Assembly: GCA_039803205.1 (NCBI GenBank)
Contig: JBDRYB010000001.1
Span: 203,413-267,412 of the forward strand
DNA length: 64,000 nucleotides
Origin: a candidate division WOR-3 bacterium
GTDB lineage: Bacteria > Hydrothermota > Hydrothermia > JBDRYB01
Direction of reading: 5' to 3'
The position numbers and the translations under genes were made by a program. The notes beneath the pieces were generated by a model, which had not been told where the DNA came from, did not search any database, and saw only the letters and a program-made list of their open reading frames with translations. This document shows positions 37,801 to 47,263 of the stretch, piece after piece (position 1 is the stretch's first letter; every line of letters begins with the position of its first letter).

Positions 37801-39229
37801 GGGAGATCCTGGTCTGGCCGGGGTGGAGTTCTTGGGATAGGAATAGGCGGCCATCGGGAGAATATATCTCAACTCTGGAATCCACAGCTGACAGAAACAC
37901 AACAGCACCATCAGTAAGTATAGCTCTAATCCACGGGCTTGCTTCCCGCTCTTCCAAAGAGATGCTCGCGCACGGATCGCTAAAATTGGGCACCGGCTCA
38001 GACTGGTTAAGAGTTTGGTCAACAACCGTTGGGACAAAACCTACGCCCGTTGTCTGATCTATCACTGTTGGGTTGACAAGTGAGGTAGAGAACACCATAT
38101 TCCTCAAGCAACCCTGATATGTTCCGTCCGGGTTGAGGCTTAGCGCGAAGGCATCGGTTCCGGTGCCCCAGCTGGTTGTGTAGCCAGTGCAGATCGGATT
38201 CCCAGACGCAGAAACCCTTATTGACCAAGCCTCTTCGTTTCCGACTCCGCCAAAAAGCGATGCCCAAATCAGGTTTCCTGATGGGTCTATCTTCATTATC
38301 AGGGCATCCTTCCCCAAAGCACCAGTGCTGGTAGTATATCCGGCCATGATCACGCCATCACCGGTTCTGTCAGCAGAGTAAATATACTCATATCCGTTTT
38401 CGCCGTATATCCTCGACCATAGAGGAAAGCCATCTGTGCCTAAGCGCATGACGAATATGTCCGTCCCCGAGGCACCGAAATTTGAGGTTTGGCCAGCTAC
38501 AATAAAGGTTCCGTCTTCCATCTCAAGGATCGCGTAAGCAGAATCACCCAAAGGTCCTCCGTATGTCTTAGCCCACTGGGTATTCCCCGAAGGATCCGTT
38601 TTAACGAGAAAGATGTCTCGCCCCCCGGCGCCAAAGCTTTGCGTCCAACCACCTACCAAAAATCCCCCGTCTCTGGTTTGGATCACTGGATAGGCATCCT
38701 CCTCAGCGGATATCGGTCCTCCATAAACCTTTGCCCAAACCAGGTTTCCATTGGGATCTATCTTGATCAGGTAAAAGTCGTCCTCGCGGGAAGATGACTC
38801 TGTCCACCCAGCCACGATGAAACCATCGGAAACAGTTTTAAGCGATCTAGGGCCATCCCAGTCTTCTCCTATGTATTTCTTTGCCCAGATTACGGAGCCG
38901 TCAGCAAGGGAAACCTTCATCACTATAACATCCGCGTTGCCAGAGGGGCCAGACTCTGATGCAAGCACGATGTTATTATCCGGAGTTATGTCTAAGCCCA
39001 ATCCCCAGTCGTTATACGGCGTGGAATAAACCTTGGTCCAGAGGGGACTGCCATCCGGAGCCATCTTGATCAATAGAAGATCTGCTCCAGCTCCCCAGCT
39101 TGTTGTGTGGCCCAGAAGCAGAACGCTTCCATCTGGCGCCTCCGTGATATACTGGCCCATCTCAAAGTTGTCCCATCCATAAGTTCTGGCGAAGCCCGCC
39201 AGAAGAACAACGCAAGCTAAGTGCATCAT
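37739..39229 (-). CDS. Secreted propeller (divergent) with T9SS-like CTD
   Basis: W.K.YGG / D..l.K.D..G repeats; ends EPGVYFWQAGQFKGKAVVR; AAGGAG RBS upstream of ATG 39229. Confidence 0.85.
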   Translation of the reverse strand: MMHLACVVLLAGFARTYGWDNFEMGQYITEAPDGSVLLLGHTTSWGAGADLLLIKMAPDGSPLWTKVYSTPYNDWGLGLDITPDNNIVLASESGPSGNADVIVMKVSLADGSVIWAKKYIGEDWDGPRSLKTVSDGFIVAGWTESSSREDDFYLIKIDPNGNLVWAKVYGGPISAEEDAYPVIQTRDGGFLVGGWTQSFGAGGRDIFLVKTDPSGNTQWAKTYGGPLGDSAYAILEMEDGTFIVAGQTSNFGASGTDIFVMRLGTDGFPLWSRIYGENGYEYIYSADRTGDGVIMAGYTTSTGALGKDALIMKIDPSGNLIWASLFGGVGNEEAWSIRVSASGNPICTGYTTSWGTGTDAFALSLNPDGTYQGCLRNMVFSTSLVNPTVIDQTTGVGFVPTVVDQTLNQSEPVPNFSDPCASISLEEREASPWIRAILTDGAVVFLSAVDSRVEIYSPDGRLFLSQELHPGQTRISLEPGVYFWQAGQFKGKAVVR

Positions 39230-39246
39230 GTCTCTTAACTCCTTCT

Positions 39247-40803
39247 TTATCTCATGAACATTGCCTTGCCTTTTTGCGCTTGGGTTATCCAAAAGTAGAC
39301 CCCTCGGTCAAGGTCTATTCTGTTTTCCCCCTCTCTAAGAACCCCGTAGTGCACCAGACGACCATCCGAAGCATAGATGGATATGGGAGTTTCATAGGTG
39401 CTGAAGAAAGAAATACCCCCTCGGAGGGTTCTAACAATCACGAGCTTCTCCTGGTTCTCTTGGTTCTGCTCCCCGATCTCCTCGTATAGGGGATCACATA
39501 TCTGTTCCGTAGTAAGATCGAGGGTTCCGTAGCCGAAATTTAGGGAGGCGGGAGGAGGATAAGAATTTGGAGTTAATGATATAAAGTAGCTTGTGTCCTG
39601 ATGCTCCAGGGGAGGATACCCCTTAGGGCCGACGCAACCCGGGTAGAACCCCTTCCTTGAGACCTTGAGGACGATGCCATCGTTAGCACCTATGACTGAA
39701 GAGGGGTTAGAGTATCCCACAACGCTTATAGAACCGTCAGGCATCTCTATCAAATCAGTAGCCGATTCCATGTGTGCCGGGAGCGATACAGCGAAGTTTA
39801 CCCCGAACAAAGAGTCTAGACCTAAGAGCCCGTTGCCGGTTGTTAGACAGAAGTCTCCGTTATCTGTTTGGATGATCTCGTAGACTTCATAGGTGCTACC
39901 GCCTCCAAATCTTTGGATCCTTGGGTTTCGGAGCTCAGAATCTACCTCCATCACGAAGAAGCCATCGGTTCTAGATGTTCCGGTTAGAACAAAGCCGCGC
40001 CCTGTTTGCGCTATTGAATGAGGCACATCCATAAAAGAGGTTGGGTAAAGACCGTTGATGGTATCAAGATCATAAACATAAACGGGCCCGGCTGGGTCGC
40101 CATCTTGGGTCACCTCAAACAGAAGAATCGCCTCATCGGTTATGTTGTCTGAATAGGTGCCCGCTATAACGAAGCTTTCTTGAGGCTCTTTTCTGGTCTG
40201 CGCTATACCGAAAGGCACCTCATGATAGTAAGGTTTTTGGAGCCACCTAGCAGACGAACTCTCTATTTGTCCACCCGGCGTCAACTGAACAAACAGAAGC
40301 ACGATATCCGCGTATCCATCTGGATCCCTAATAGAGGTAACCACGACTATGCGGCCAGCACGGGAAAGTATCATTTTTGGCCGCGGACAAGTTCCACTCG
40401 TTGGGCTCCAACCCATAGTCCAAAGAATATCCCCGTTTACATTCACGGCCATGAGAATAATCCTCGTGCCATCGTATCCGCAAACTATGTAGATATTTTT
40501 TCCATCGGGAAGCGTGAACGGGGCTAAGGATAGACCCTCCTCATTATTTGGATCTGAGCCTATAACATGGTAGTTTTTGAACCACTGATATTCCCCGCTG
40601 TGGCCAAGCTTGAGCAGGAAGATATCCCATGTGTATGAAGGGTTTGTAGGATCGAGGTTGAAATCCCCCGTTATCAGATAACCCTGTTCATCGTAGACAA
40701 TATCGTAGGGTTTTATGGAAGCCCTCTGTCCTGAAACAGATCCATACCCATAAGCTTTGGCCCAGAGATCCACGCCCATAAGAAATGCAAGGAGCTGATA
40801 CAT
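39247..40803 (-). CDS. Secreted highly divergent propeller with T9SS-like CTD
   Basis: LWAKAYG N-terminus, YPGC stalk, IYASDGRLV...GVYFW tail. Confidence 0.75.
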   Translation of the reverse strand: MYQLLAFLMGVDLWAKAYGYGSVSGQRASIKPYDIVYDEQGYLITGDFNLDPTNPSYTWDIFLLKLGHSGEYQWFKNYHVIGSDPNNEEGLSLAPFTLPDGKNIYIVCGYDGTRIILMAVNVNGDILWTMGWSPTSGTCPRPKMILSRAGRIVVVTSIRDPDGYADIVLLFVQLTPGGQIESSSARWLQKPYYHEVPFGIAQTRKEPQESFVIAGTYSDNITDEAILLFEVTQDGDPAGPVYVYDLDTINGLYPTSFMDVPHSIAQTGRGFVLTGTSRTDGFFVMEVDSELRNPRIQRFGGGSTYEVYEIIQTDNGDFCLTTGNGLLGLDSLFGVNFAVSLPAHMESATDLIEMPDGSISVVGYSNPSSVIGANDGIVLKVSRKGFYPGCVGPKGYPPLEHQDTSYFISLTPNSYPPPASLNFGYGTLDLTTEQICDPLYEEIGEQNQENQEKLVIVRTLRGGISFFSTYETPISIYASDGRLVHYGVLREGENRIDLDRGVYFWITQAQKGKAMFMR

Positions 40804-40822
40804 GCTTAAACTCCCTTAGTTT

Positions 40823-42340
40823 TTATCTCACAATCTTCAAGGTTTTCGTGCCTCCCCTATACTGGAGGACTACCAGATAAACGCCCCTTGCCTCTGTTTT
40901 GGGGATAAAGGTATGGCCGCCTTGGCTCAGGACTCCTTCATACAGGGCTTGAACGAACCTTCCCTGCGCGTCATAGAGCGAAAGGGATACCTGATCTGAC
41001 CTTGGCACGAAGAGGTAAAGACCCCTGCCCGCGGCCCTGAACTCAAGATCTCTTTCAAACCCTTCCTCGGCCTCGTAAAGTGGGCCACAACCAGAAGCGT
41101 TCCCAGGGTCATCAATGGCGAAAACCGTATAGCCCTGAGCATCGGGGACCTGCGTTCCCGTTATTATCTCTATGCATCCGTCCCCATCTATGTCTCCGGC
41201 GAACGGGGAGTGAACATCGTGGGCAAGCGTTATTTGCCAGGCTACGGTTCCATTCTCAGCGTTCAGACAATAGAGGATGTCGTCCTGCCACTGAGAGACC
41301 AGATACTCGAACTTCCCGTCTCCATCCACATCAGCGAGTGCACCCGGGGTGTGAATCTCGTATCCCGGCGCAATGGACCACTTCTGGGTTCCGTCTGAAC
41401 CTCTAAGGCAATAGACGCTGTTGTCAAAACTAGCTATAAAAACCTCCATCTGACCATCAGCGTCCACATCAGCTAATGAGGGAGAGGAGCGCACCTCCCT
41501 TCCCGCGGTAAAGGACCACTTCTGGGTTCCGTCTGAGCCCGCCAGGCAATAGACCTTGTTGTCCTGACTGCCTATTACTACCTCCATTTGGCCATCAGCA
41601 TCAACATCGGCTACCGCAGGAGAAGAGAGCAGGCTACTTCCCGTCATGAAGGCCCACTTCTGGGTTCCGGTTGAACCAGCGAGGCAATAGACCTTGCAGT
41701 CACGACTGCCTACGAGGGCCTCAACTTGGCCATCGCCGTCCACATCAGCTATTGCGGGAGAAGAATACACCCAGCTCCCAGTTATGAAGGCCCACTTCTG
41801 GGTTCCGTCTGAACCAGCGAGGCAATAAAGCTTGCCATCATTACTGCCCACGACTACCTCCGGCTGGCCATCGCCGTCAAGATCAGCTATTGCGGGGGAG
41901 GAATACACCTCGTCTCCCGTCGTGAAGGCCCACTTCTGGGTTCCGTCTGAACCAGCAAGGCAATAGACCTTGTGGTCATAACTGCCTATGACTACCTCAA
42001 TCTGGCCATCGGCGTCAACATCAGCTACAGCAGGAGAGGACTGCACATTGCTCCCCGTAATGAAGGCCCACTTCTGGGTTCCGTCTGAACCAGCAAGGCA
42101 ATAGACCTTGTGGTCATAACTGCCTATGACTACCTCAATCTGGCCATCGCCGTCAACATCAGCAATAGCGGAGTACTGCCATTCAACGATACCCCCCGCA
42201 AAACGCCACTTTATCGTTGGGGTAGTTATAGCGCCCCTCATGAGCTGGACGGATTTGTGGGTTGGCTCGCCGCCCCACATGGGCCAGGTTCCGAAAACCT
42301 GGGCTATACATACTGTCAGTATAGAACCTATCATAGCCAT
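40823..42340 (-). CDS. Secreted FG-GAP/PQQ-hybrid 8-blade propeller with T9SS-like CTD
   Basis: 46-aa repeats KWAFxTGxxVxSSPAxADVDxDGQxEVxxGSxDxKVYCLAGSDGTQ; LYDAQGR...GVY tail. Confidence 0.85.
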   Translation of the reverse strand: MAMIGSILTVCIAQVFGTWPMWGGEPTHKSVQLMRGAITTPTIKWRFAGGIVEWQYSAIADVDGDGQIEVVIGSYDHKVYCLAGSDGTQKWAFITGSNVQSSPAVADVDADGQIEVVIGSYDHKVYCLAGSDGTQKWAFTTGDEVYSSPAIADLDGDGQPEVVVGSNDGKLYCLAGSDGTQKWAFITGSWVYSSPAIADVDGDGQVEALVGSRDCKVYCLAGSTGTQKWAFMTGSSLLSSPAVADVDADGQMEVVIGSQDNKVYCLAGSDGTQKWSFTAGREVRSSPSLADVDADGQMEVFIASFDNSVYCLRGSDGTQKWSIAPGYEIHTPGALADVDGDGKFEYLVSQWQDDILYCLNAENGTVAWQITLAHDVHSPFAGDIDGDGCIEIITGTQVPDAQGYTVFAIDDPGNASGCGPLYEAEEGFERDLEFRAAGRGLYLFVPRSDQVSLSLYDAQGRFVQALYEGVLSQGGHTFIPKTEARGVYLVVLQYRGGTKTLKIVR

Positions 42341-42362
42341 GCCTAAACCTCCGTCTTTACTT

Positions 42363-43829
42363 TCATCTTATTGCTACCTTCCCTCTTGAGTTCCCAGCCA
42401 TCCACACATATACCCCCTTTTTGAGGGGAACAAAGTTCTCCCCTTTCTTTAAGTTTCCGGTATAAACAGCCTGACCGATAACAGAGTATATCTTAAGCTC
42501 GGTATCCAGAGAGGAGATGAATAAAACACCATTCGGACTAGGGTGGCATAAGATCTTGATTTGATCAATGCCTTCGTTCTCTTCAAACTTAAGGGGCTCG
42601 CATAGATCTACAGGGGTAATAGATGGAGATGAAACCTCAAGTACCGGGTAGACCACAGGCAGATTTGGTATACCGGTGACAATAGAGGGATCGTATACAT
42701 CGATAGAAGGGGATTCCACAATCGCAGGAATAAATTGAGTGCATTCAGGATAGTTGCCATCCGGAGGAATGATTTGCACTTGAAAGTCCTGTGTGATAAC
42801 ATACTGTCCGCTCTGGTTTTGGAGCAAGGAGTTAACAGCTACCCAGGGTCTCGAGCACCAGATCAAGGAACCGTCGCTGGACAATTTAATTAGGCTAATG
42901 GTCCCTGAACCACCTATAACAAAGTTCCCGTCCCTGTCTTGGATTAGAGACCTTGCATCGTTTCTAGAATTGTCGGAATTATCGATTCTGCTTGCCCACA
43001 TCAGATTGCCGTCAGGAAAGAGTTTTAAGACCAGGGCATCATCGAAGTGATTGCCGTAAGGACTCTGTGCTCTGCCTGCAACTATGTAACTATTATCTGA
43101 GGCCTGAGCTATCGACTGGGCCCCGTTTGACAGTAGCATGCTAAAAATCCTTGCCCACTCGAGAGAGCCATCTGCTCGTATCTTTATAATCAAAGGGTCC
43201 TCTAAAAGATCGTCAGTGTAACCAGCTATAGCATATCCATCGTCCCGTGTTTCTATTATAGTATGTGCAAAATCGTTTCGATTAGCTATTCCGAAAGTCC
43301 TGGCCCACACCAATGAACCGTCAGTGTTCAGTTTAAAGACAAGGATATCACTAGTGTTAGGAGAAGTAAACATGCGGCCCGCAAATACATAACTGCCATC
43401 GGTCGCTTGGGTCGAAGAATAGACCTGATTAACTAAAGTGTCCCCAAAAATCCTCGCCCAAGCGAGCGAACCATCTGACTCTAGTTTGAGGACCAAGGCT
43501 TTGCTCTGGCCATTTCCAAAACCAGTATATCCAGATATCACATAGCTGTTGTCCACAGTGGATTGGAATACAGAAAATGCATATTGATCGTAGTTATCCA
43601 GATCGAAAACCCTATCCCATATTACAGAACCATCGGGCGCTAGCTTGAGGACCAAAATATCCAAGTCTCCGGCGATCACATTTTCAACATGCCCTGTAAG
43701 AACATAGTTGCCGTCATTGGATTGTATTATAGACCATGAAGAAAGAGGAGACAAGAAATTCCCGGTATATGCCTTTGCCCAAAGCCCTTGTCCAAAGAGC
43801 AAGCTCGTTGTGATATAAAGGCTCATCAT
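42363..43829 (-). CDS. Secreted divergent propeller with T9SS-like CTD (low GC)
   Basis: LKL..DGSL.WAR repeats, NYPEC stalk, IYSVIGQ...GVYVW tail. Confidence 0.8.
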   Translation of the reverse strand: MMSLYITTSLLFGQGLWAKAYTGNFLSPLSSWSIIQSNDGNYVLTGHVENVIAGDLDILVLKLAPDGSVIWDRVFDLDNYDQYAFSVFQSTVDNSYVISGYTGFGNGQSKALVLKLESDGSLAWARIFGDTLVNQVYSSTQATDGSYVFAGRMFTSPNTSDILVFKLNTDGSLVWARTFGIANRNDFAHTIIETRDDGYAIAGYTDDLLEDPLIIKIRADGSLEWARIFSMLLSNGAQSIAQASDNSYIVAGRAQSPYGNHFDDALVLKLFPDGNLMWASRIDNSDNSRNDARSLIQDRDGNFVIGGSGTISLIKLSSDGSLIWCSRPWVAVNSLLQNQSGQYVITQDFQVQIIPPDGNYPECTQFIPAIVESPSIDVYDPSIVTGIPNLPVVYPVLEVSSPSITPVDLCEPLKFEENEGIDQIKILCHPSPNGVLFISSLDTELKIYSVIGQAVYTGNLKKGENFVPLKKGVYVWMAGNSRGKVAIR

Positions 43830-43833
43830 GGTT

Positions 43834-43986
43834 TAAACCTCCGTTTTGGTTTCTCAAAAATAAGAACGCGCCGGCCCCAGCGAATTCCGGGAGGTGCAAG
43901 GCGCCGGGGCCGGCCCTGGGTTTTCATCTCACAACAGCCTTTCCTTTGAATTGGCCAGCCTGCCAGAAGTAGACCCCTGGCTCAAG
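43834..43986 (-). repeat. CTD-end + hairpin + RBS repeat, copy 3
   Basis: Hairpin 43870-43914; its GGAGGT serves the ATG at 43829. Confidence 0.9.
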
Positions 43987-45444
43987 TTGGATCTTGTTCT
44001 GGCCAGGCATAAGGGTCTTGGAGAGAACGAGTCGCCCATCAGAACAGTATATTCTAAGATCCAGCTCGCCGGATACGGAGAATACCAAGCCACCGAGCAC
44101 GGACGAACCGAAGGGTGTTGAGCCGGGGTATTGATCAGACTCCTCCACATTCTCGTAGACCGGCGCGCATATGTCGTAAGGCAAATAACCCTGCGGCAAT
44201 ATGGACATACTGCCCATAGGCAAGCTTGGAGAAATGGAGGTAGGGGTCCAGCTCAAATTGGTCTGAACGGGAGATGGGTTTCCGTAGATGGGAGACCAGC
44301 TCTGAACGCACGAGGGATACGAGCCGTTCTCAGCGACGCGCATATAGAATATGTCATCTGAACCCAAAAAGCCATAGGAATCTGTTGTCCCACCAACGAA
44401 ATAACCTCCCTCAGGGAACCTGAATCCCCCTATGGCGTTTTCAAACCCAGCTCCACCGAAACAAATTGCCCATTCAGGGTTTCCGTTATTGTCAACCTTC
44501 ATGGCAAAGGCGTCATCCCCACCTGCCCCGGCGCTAGCGGTCCTGCCAAAGAGAACACAACCACCATCAGGGGTCCCAGAAACTTCCCATGCGATCTCCA
44601 AGCTATTGCCCCCGTAGTTCCTGGCCCAGACGAGGTTTCCTGACTCATCGATCTTGAGAAGGAGTATGTCCCCATTTGCCCCATAACTCAAGGTGAAACC
44701 GGCCACAAAGAATCCGCCCTGGGCCTGAACGATGGCTTCAGCTTCATCGTAGCCGCCTCCCCCATAAGCCCTTGCCCAGATGATGTTTCCGGAACCATCG
44801 CACTTGACAACCAGAAGATCAGCGCTTCCTGAGCCAGCGCTTGTGGTATACCCAGCTAACACATAGTTCCCATCAGCGCTTTTGCAGGCTGAGAAGAGCT
44901 CGTCCTCACCTGAACCCCCGAACCTCTTGGCCCAGAGCATCTGATCTCCCAGCTTGTTGATCTTGACGAGAAGCGCATCCGGATTGCCAACATCTTGACA
45001 GAATCCCGAGATCACGAAGCTCGTATCGCTTCCCTCAATGAGCTCCACCCCTGAGGTAGCTATATCGGTTCCAGATAAGCCGAAAACATTGGCAAAGCCT
45101 ATGTAATCGCCTGAGGAGCTCAATCTCAAACACCAAGCGTTAGAACCGCTCTCTCCCACCAGGAGATATGTGCCGTCTGATACAGGTATGGCATCCCAAA
45201 AGTAGTCATACAAGAAGGGCGCGCGCCCAAACGATTTGGCCCAGACGATCTGTCCGTCCGGAGAGATCTTGGCCGCTATGGCCTCGTAGGAGCCAGCGCC
45301 CTGGTTGAAGCCACCTCCAGAGATAATAGCCGCCCCATCAAGGGTTAGCCTCGCCGATACTAGCCCCTCGTCGCTGTTTGTTCCAAAATGCCTGGAGAAA
45401 AGAGGGGCAGAAAGAGTAACCAGGAAGACAATCATTATCAGCAC
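43924..45444 (-). CDS. Secreted divergent propeller with T9SS-like CTD
   Basis: WA+.fGG repeats, YPSC stalk; ends EPGVYFWQAGQFKGKAVVR. Confidence 0.85.
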   Translation of the reverse strand: MLIMIVFLVTLSAPLFSRHFGTNSDEGLVSARLTLDGAAIISGGGFNQGAGSYEAIAAKISPDGQIVWAKSFGRAPFLYDYFWDAIPVSDGTYLLVGESGSNAWCLRLSSSGDYIGFANVFGLSGTDIATSGVELIEGSDTSFVISGFCQDVGNPDALLVKINKLGDQMLWAKRFGGSGEDELFSACKSADGNYVLAGYTTSAGSGSADLLVVKCDGSGNIIWARAYGGGGYDEAEAIVQAQGGFFVAGFTLSYGANGDILLLKIDESGNLVWARNYGGNSLEIAWEVSGTPDGGCVLFGRTASAGAGGDDAFAMKVDNNGNPEWAICFGGAGFENAIGGFRFPEGGYFVGGTTDSYGFLGSDDIFYMRVAENGSYPSCVQSWSPIYGNPSPVQTNLSWTPTSISPSLPMGSMSILPQGYLPYDICAPVYENVEESDQYPGSTPFGSSVLGGLVFSVSGELDLRIYCSDGRLVLSKTLMPGQNKIQLEPGVYFWQAGQFKGKAVVR

Positions 45445-45487
45445 CTCCGGTTAGCTCGTAATTATAACAGCCGAGCTTACAATCAGC

Positions 45488-47062
45488 TTACAATCTCGCG
45501 CTCTCCTCCGCGCACATTTCTCTCAATCTCCTATAATATTGCCTGTATTCGTCAATATACGGGTCGTAGGGAAACTCTGGCAATAGATCGTCCCTGCTCA
45601 GCTCTCTTGCCCTCTCGAAAAGCTTGACCCTCTCTGATTCGTCCCTAGCGGCTGAGAACAGGCGGACTACCTCCTCAAGTTCCTCGAGGTCAGTCCTCAC
45701 ATCCTGGAGGTAATAGAAATCCCCCCTTTTTGCTATGATGTCTCTGGAGAGAGCCTTGCGAATGGAATTGATCGTCACATAAAGATTCACCCTTCCCCTT
45801 TTGTCGTAGTTTCTCTTTGGCCAAAGCAAATGAAAGAGGTGATCCGCCGGGATCCTGTGTTTGGGGTTGAGCAGTAGGTAAACCAAAGCTAACAGAGAAC
45901 TTCTGCGCCCCAGGCTTTGGAGAGGCATCTCTTTCCCATCAAGCCATACCTTGAAACTCCCTATGAGCTGGGCTTTCAGCCCTTTCATCTCCGCGGAGTT
46001 GTTGTTCTTATTGAGGGTATCCACAACCACGCATATGTCCTTCAGGAGCGGGTCCTTCCTTATATTGGGATGGAGCTGGATCAGGGGCCCGGATAATCTG
46101 ACGAGCTTGGTGAAAACAGGGCTATCCTCCCTCCAGGCAATTACTGCACCGGTAAGGGCACAAAATAACGCTTCCGTGTTTTGATATATTGAGAGATACA
46201 ACCTCGCGGCTTCTAGGAGCCTCTCAGCTGAGTCGCCCCCGTTGTTGAGGAGCGCCTCTGATTCCATTATAGCTGGCAGAGTGTTTTGTTCTCTCGGGGT
46301 ATTGAGGATTGTTCGCCTAATAATGTTCGGGTTTGAAAGGGATAGTCCCGAGAGCCTAGTTATCTCTAGGGCTTTAGAGAGCGGGTAAATCGCATACGAG
46401 GAGTTGCGGTCCAACGCGCAAACGCAGGATTCTTCAAGCATCCTCAAGGACTTGGATAGGTTACCCGAAATCCTGTAGCTAAGCCCCATCATCTCCATAA
46501 CCCCAATCCTATCAGGGTGTTGCCCGAACGATTCCATGGCCTCACGGAATATCTCAAGCGCCCTCTTGGTGTCACCGATCATGGTCTCATAGATTCCGAG
46601 GTAAAACTTGAGGCGCCGGCTCATGGCCCCGAGGTCTCTGGTAGAATATACGGACGCCACATCGTAGAATGATTTGTAATCCATCTTCATGAAGTCAATC
46701 ACTGCCATATCCAGGATACTGGCATCAACGATCCTCTGGTTCCCGATCGCTTCTCCTATCTCCTTAGATCTCAGAAAGTATGTTTTGGCTATATCAAGTT
46801 CGGCGAGGTATCTGTATGCGGTGCCGAGGGTCCTGAAGAGAAACTCGGCCAGCTCTGGCTCATCGTTGACCTTGGTCAAAAGCCTAACGGCCTTCTTGAT
46901 TGCGGAAACGGGACGAAACCCATAAGTCTCCAGCCTCGCCTCAAAGACCCTGTAAGCCAGGGGGTCCTTGTTCCTCATTTCCTCAAGGAACCTCTCAAAC
47001 GCACTCGTATCGCCTGAGGAATTAAGCCTAAGAGCCTCTCTTATGAGCTCAATGGACCTCAT
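45488..47062 (-). CDS. Putative transcriptional regulator: TPR-like region + C-terminal wHTH/BTAD (SARP-like)
   Basis: LIGSFKVWLDG, LVYLLLN, LWP...NLYVTINSIRKAL, TDLEE and LLPEFPYD motifs. Confidence 0.7.
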   Translation of the reverse strand: MRSIELIREALRLNSSGDTSAFERFLEEMRNKDPLAYRVFEARLETYGFRPVSAIKKAVRLLTKVNDEPELAEFLFRTLGTAYRYLAELDIAKTYFLRSKEIGEAIGNQRIVDASILDMAVIDFMKMDYKSFYDVASVYSTRDLGAMSRRLKFYLGIYETMIGDTKRALEIFREAMESFGQHPDRIGVMEMMGLSYRISGNLSKSLRMLEESCVCALDRNSSYAIYPLSKALEITRLSGLSLSNPNIIRRTILNTPREQNTLPAIMESEALLNNGGDSAERLLEAARLYLSIYQNTEALFCALTGAVIAWREDSPVFTKLVRLSGPLIQLHPNIRKDPLLKDICVVVDTLNKNNNSAEMKGLKAQLIGSFKVWLDGKEMPLQSLGRRSSLLALVYLLLNPKHRIPADHLFHLLWPKRNYDKRGRVNLYVTINSIRKALSRDIIAKRGDFYYLQDVRTDLEELEEVVRLFSAARDESERVKLFERARELSRDDLLPEFPYDPYIDEYRQYYRRLREMCAEESARL

Positions 47063-47263
47063 AGTCTTAGAACTCGCGAGACCTCAACTCGGTCACGGGG
47101 AAAATTTTAAGGCACTCCTTTAGGCTCACTCACCCTATCCATATCCCGTGAGCTCAATAAAGGCGCGGATCCGTCGAGCGCATCCCGCCTCTCGGCCCCG
47201 CGCGATAACTTTTGCTGATATAACGCAAGGGTTTATAATTTGCCTCGTGTTGAGGAGGAAATA

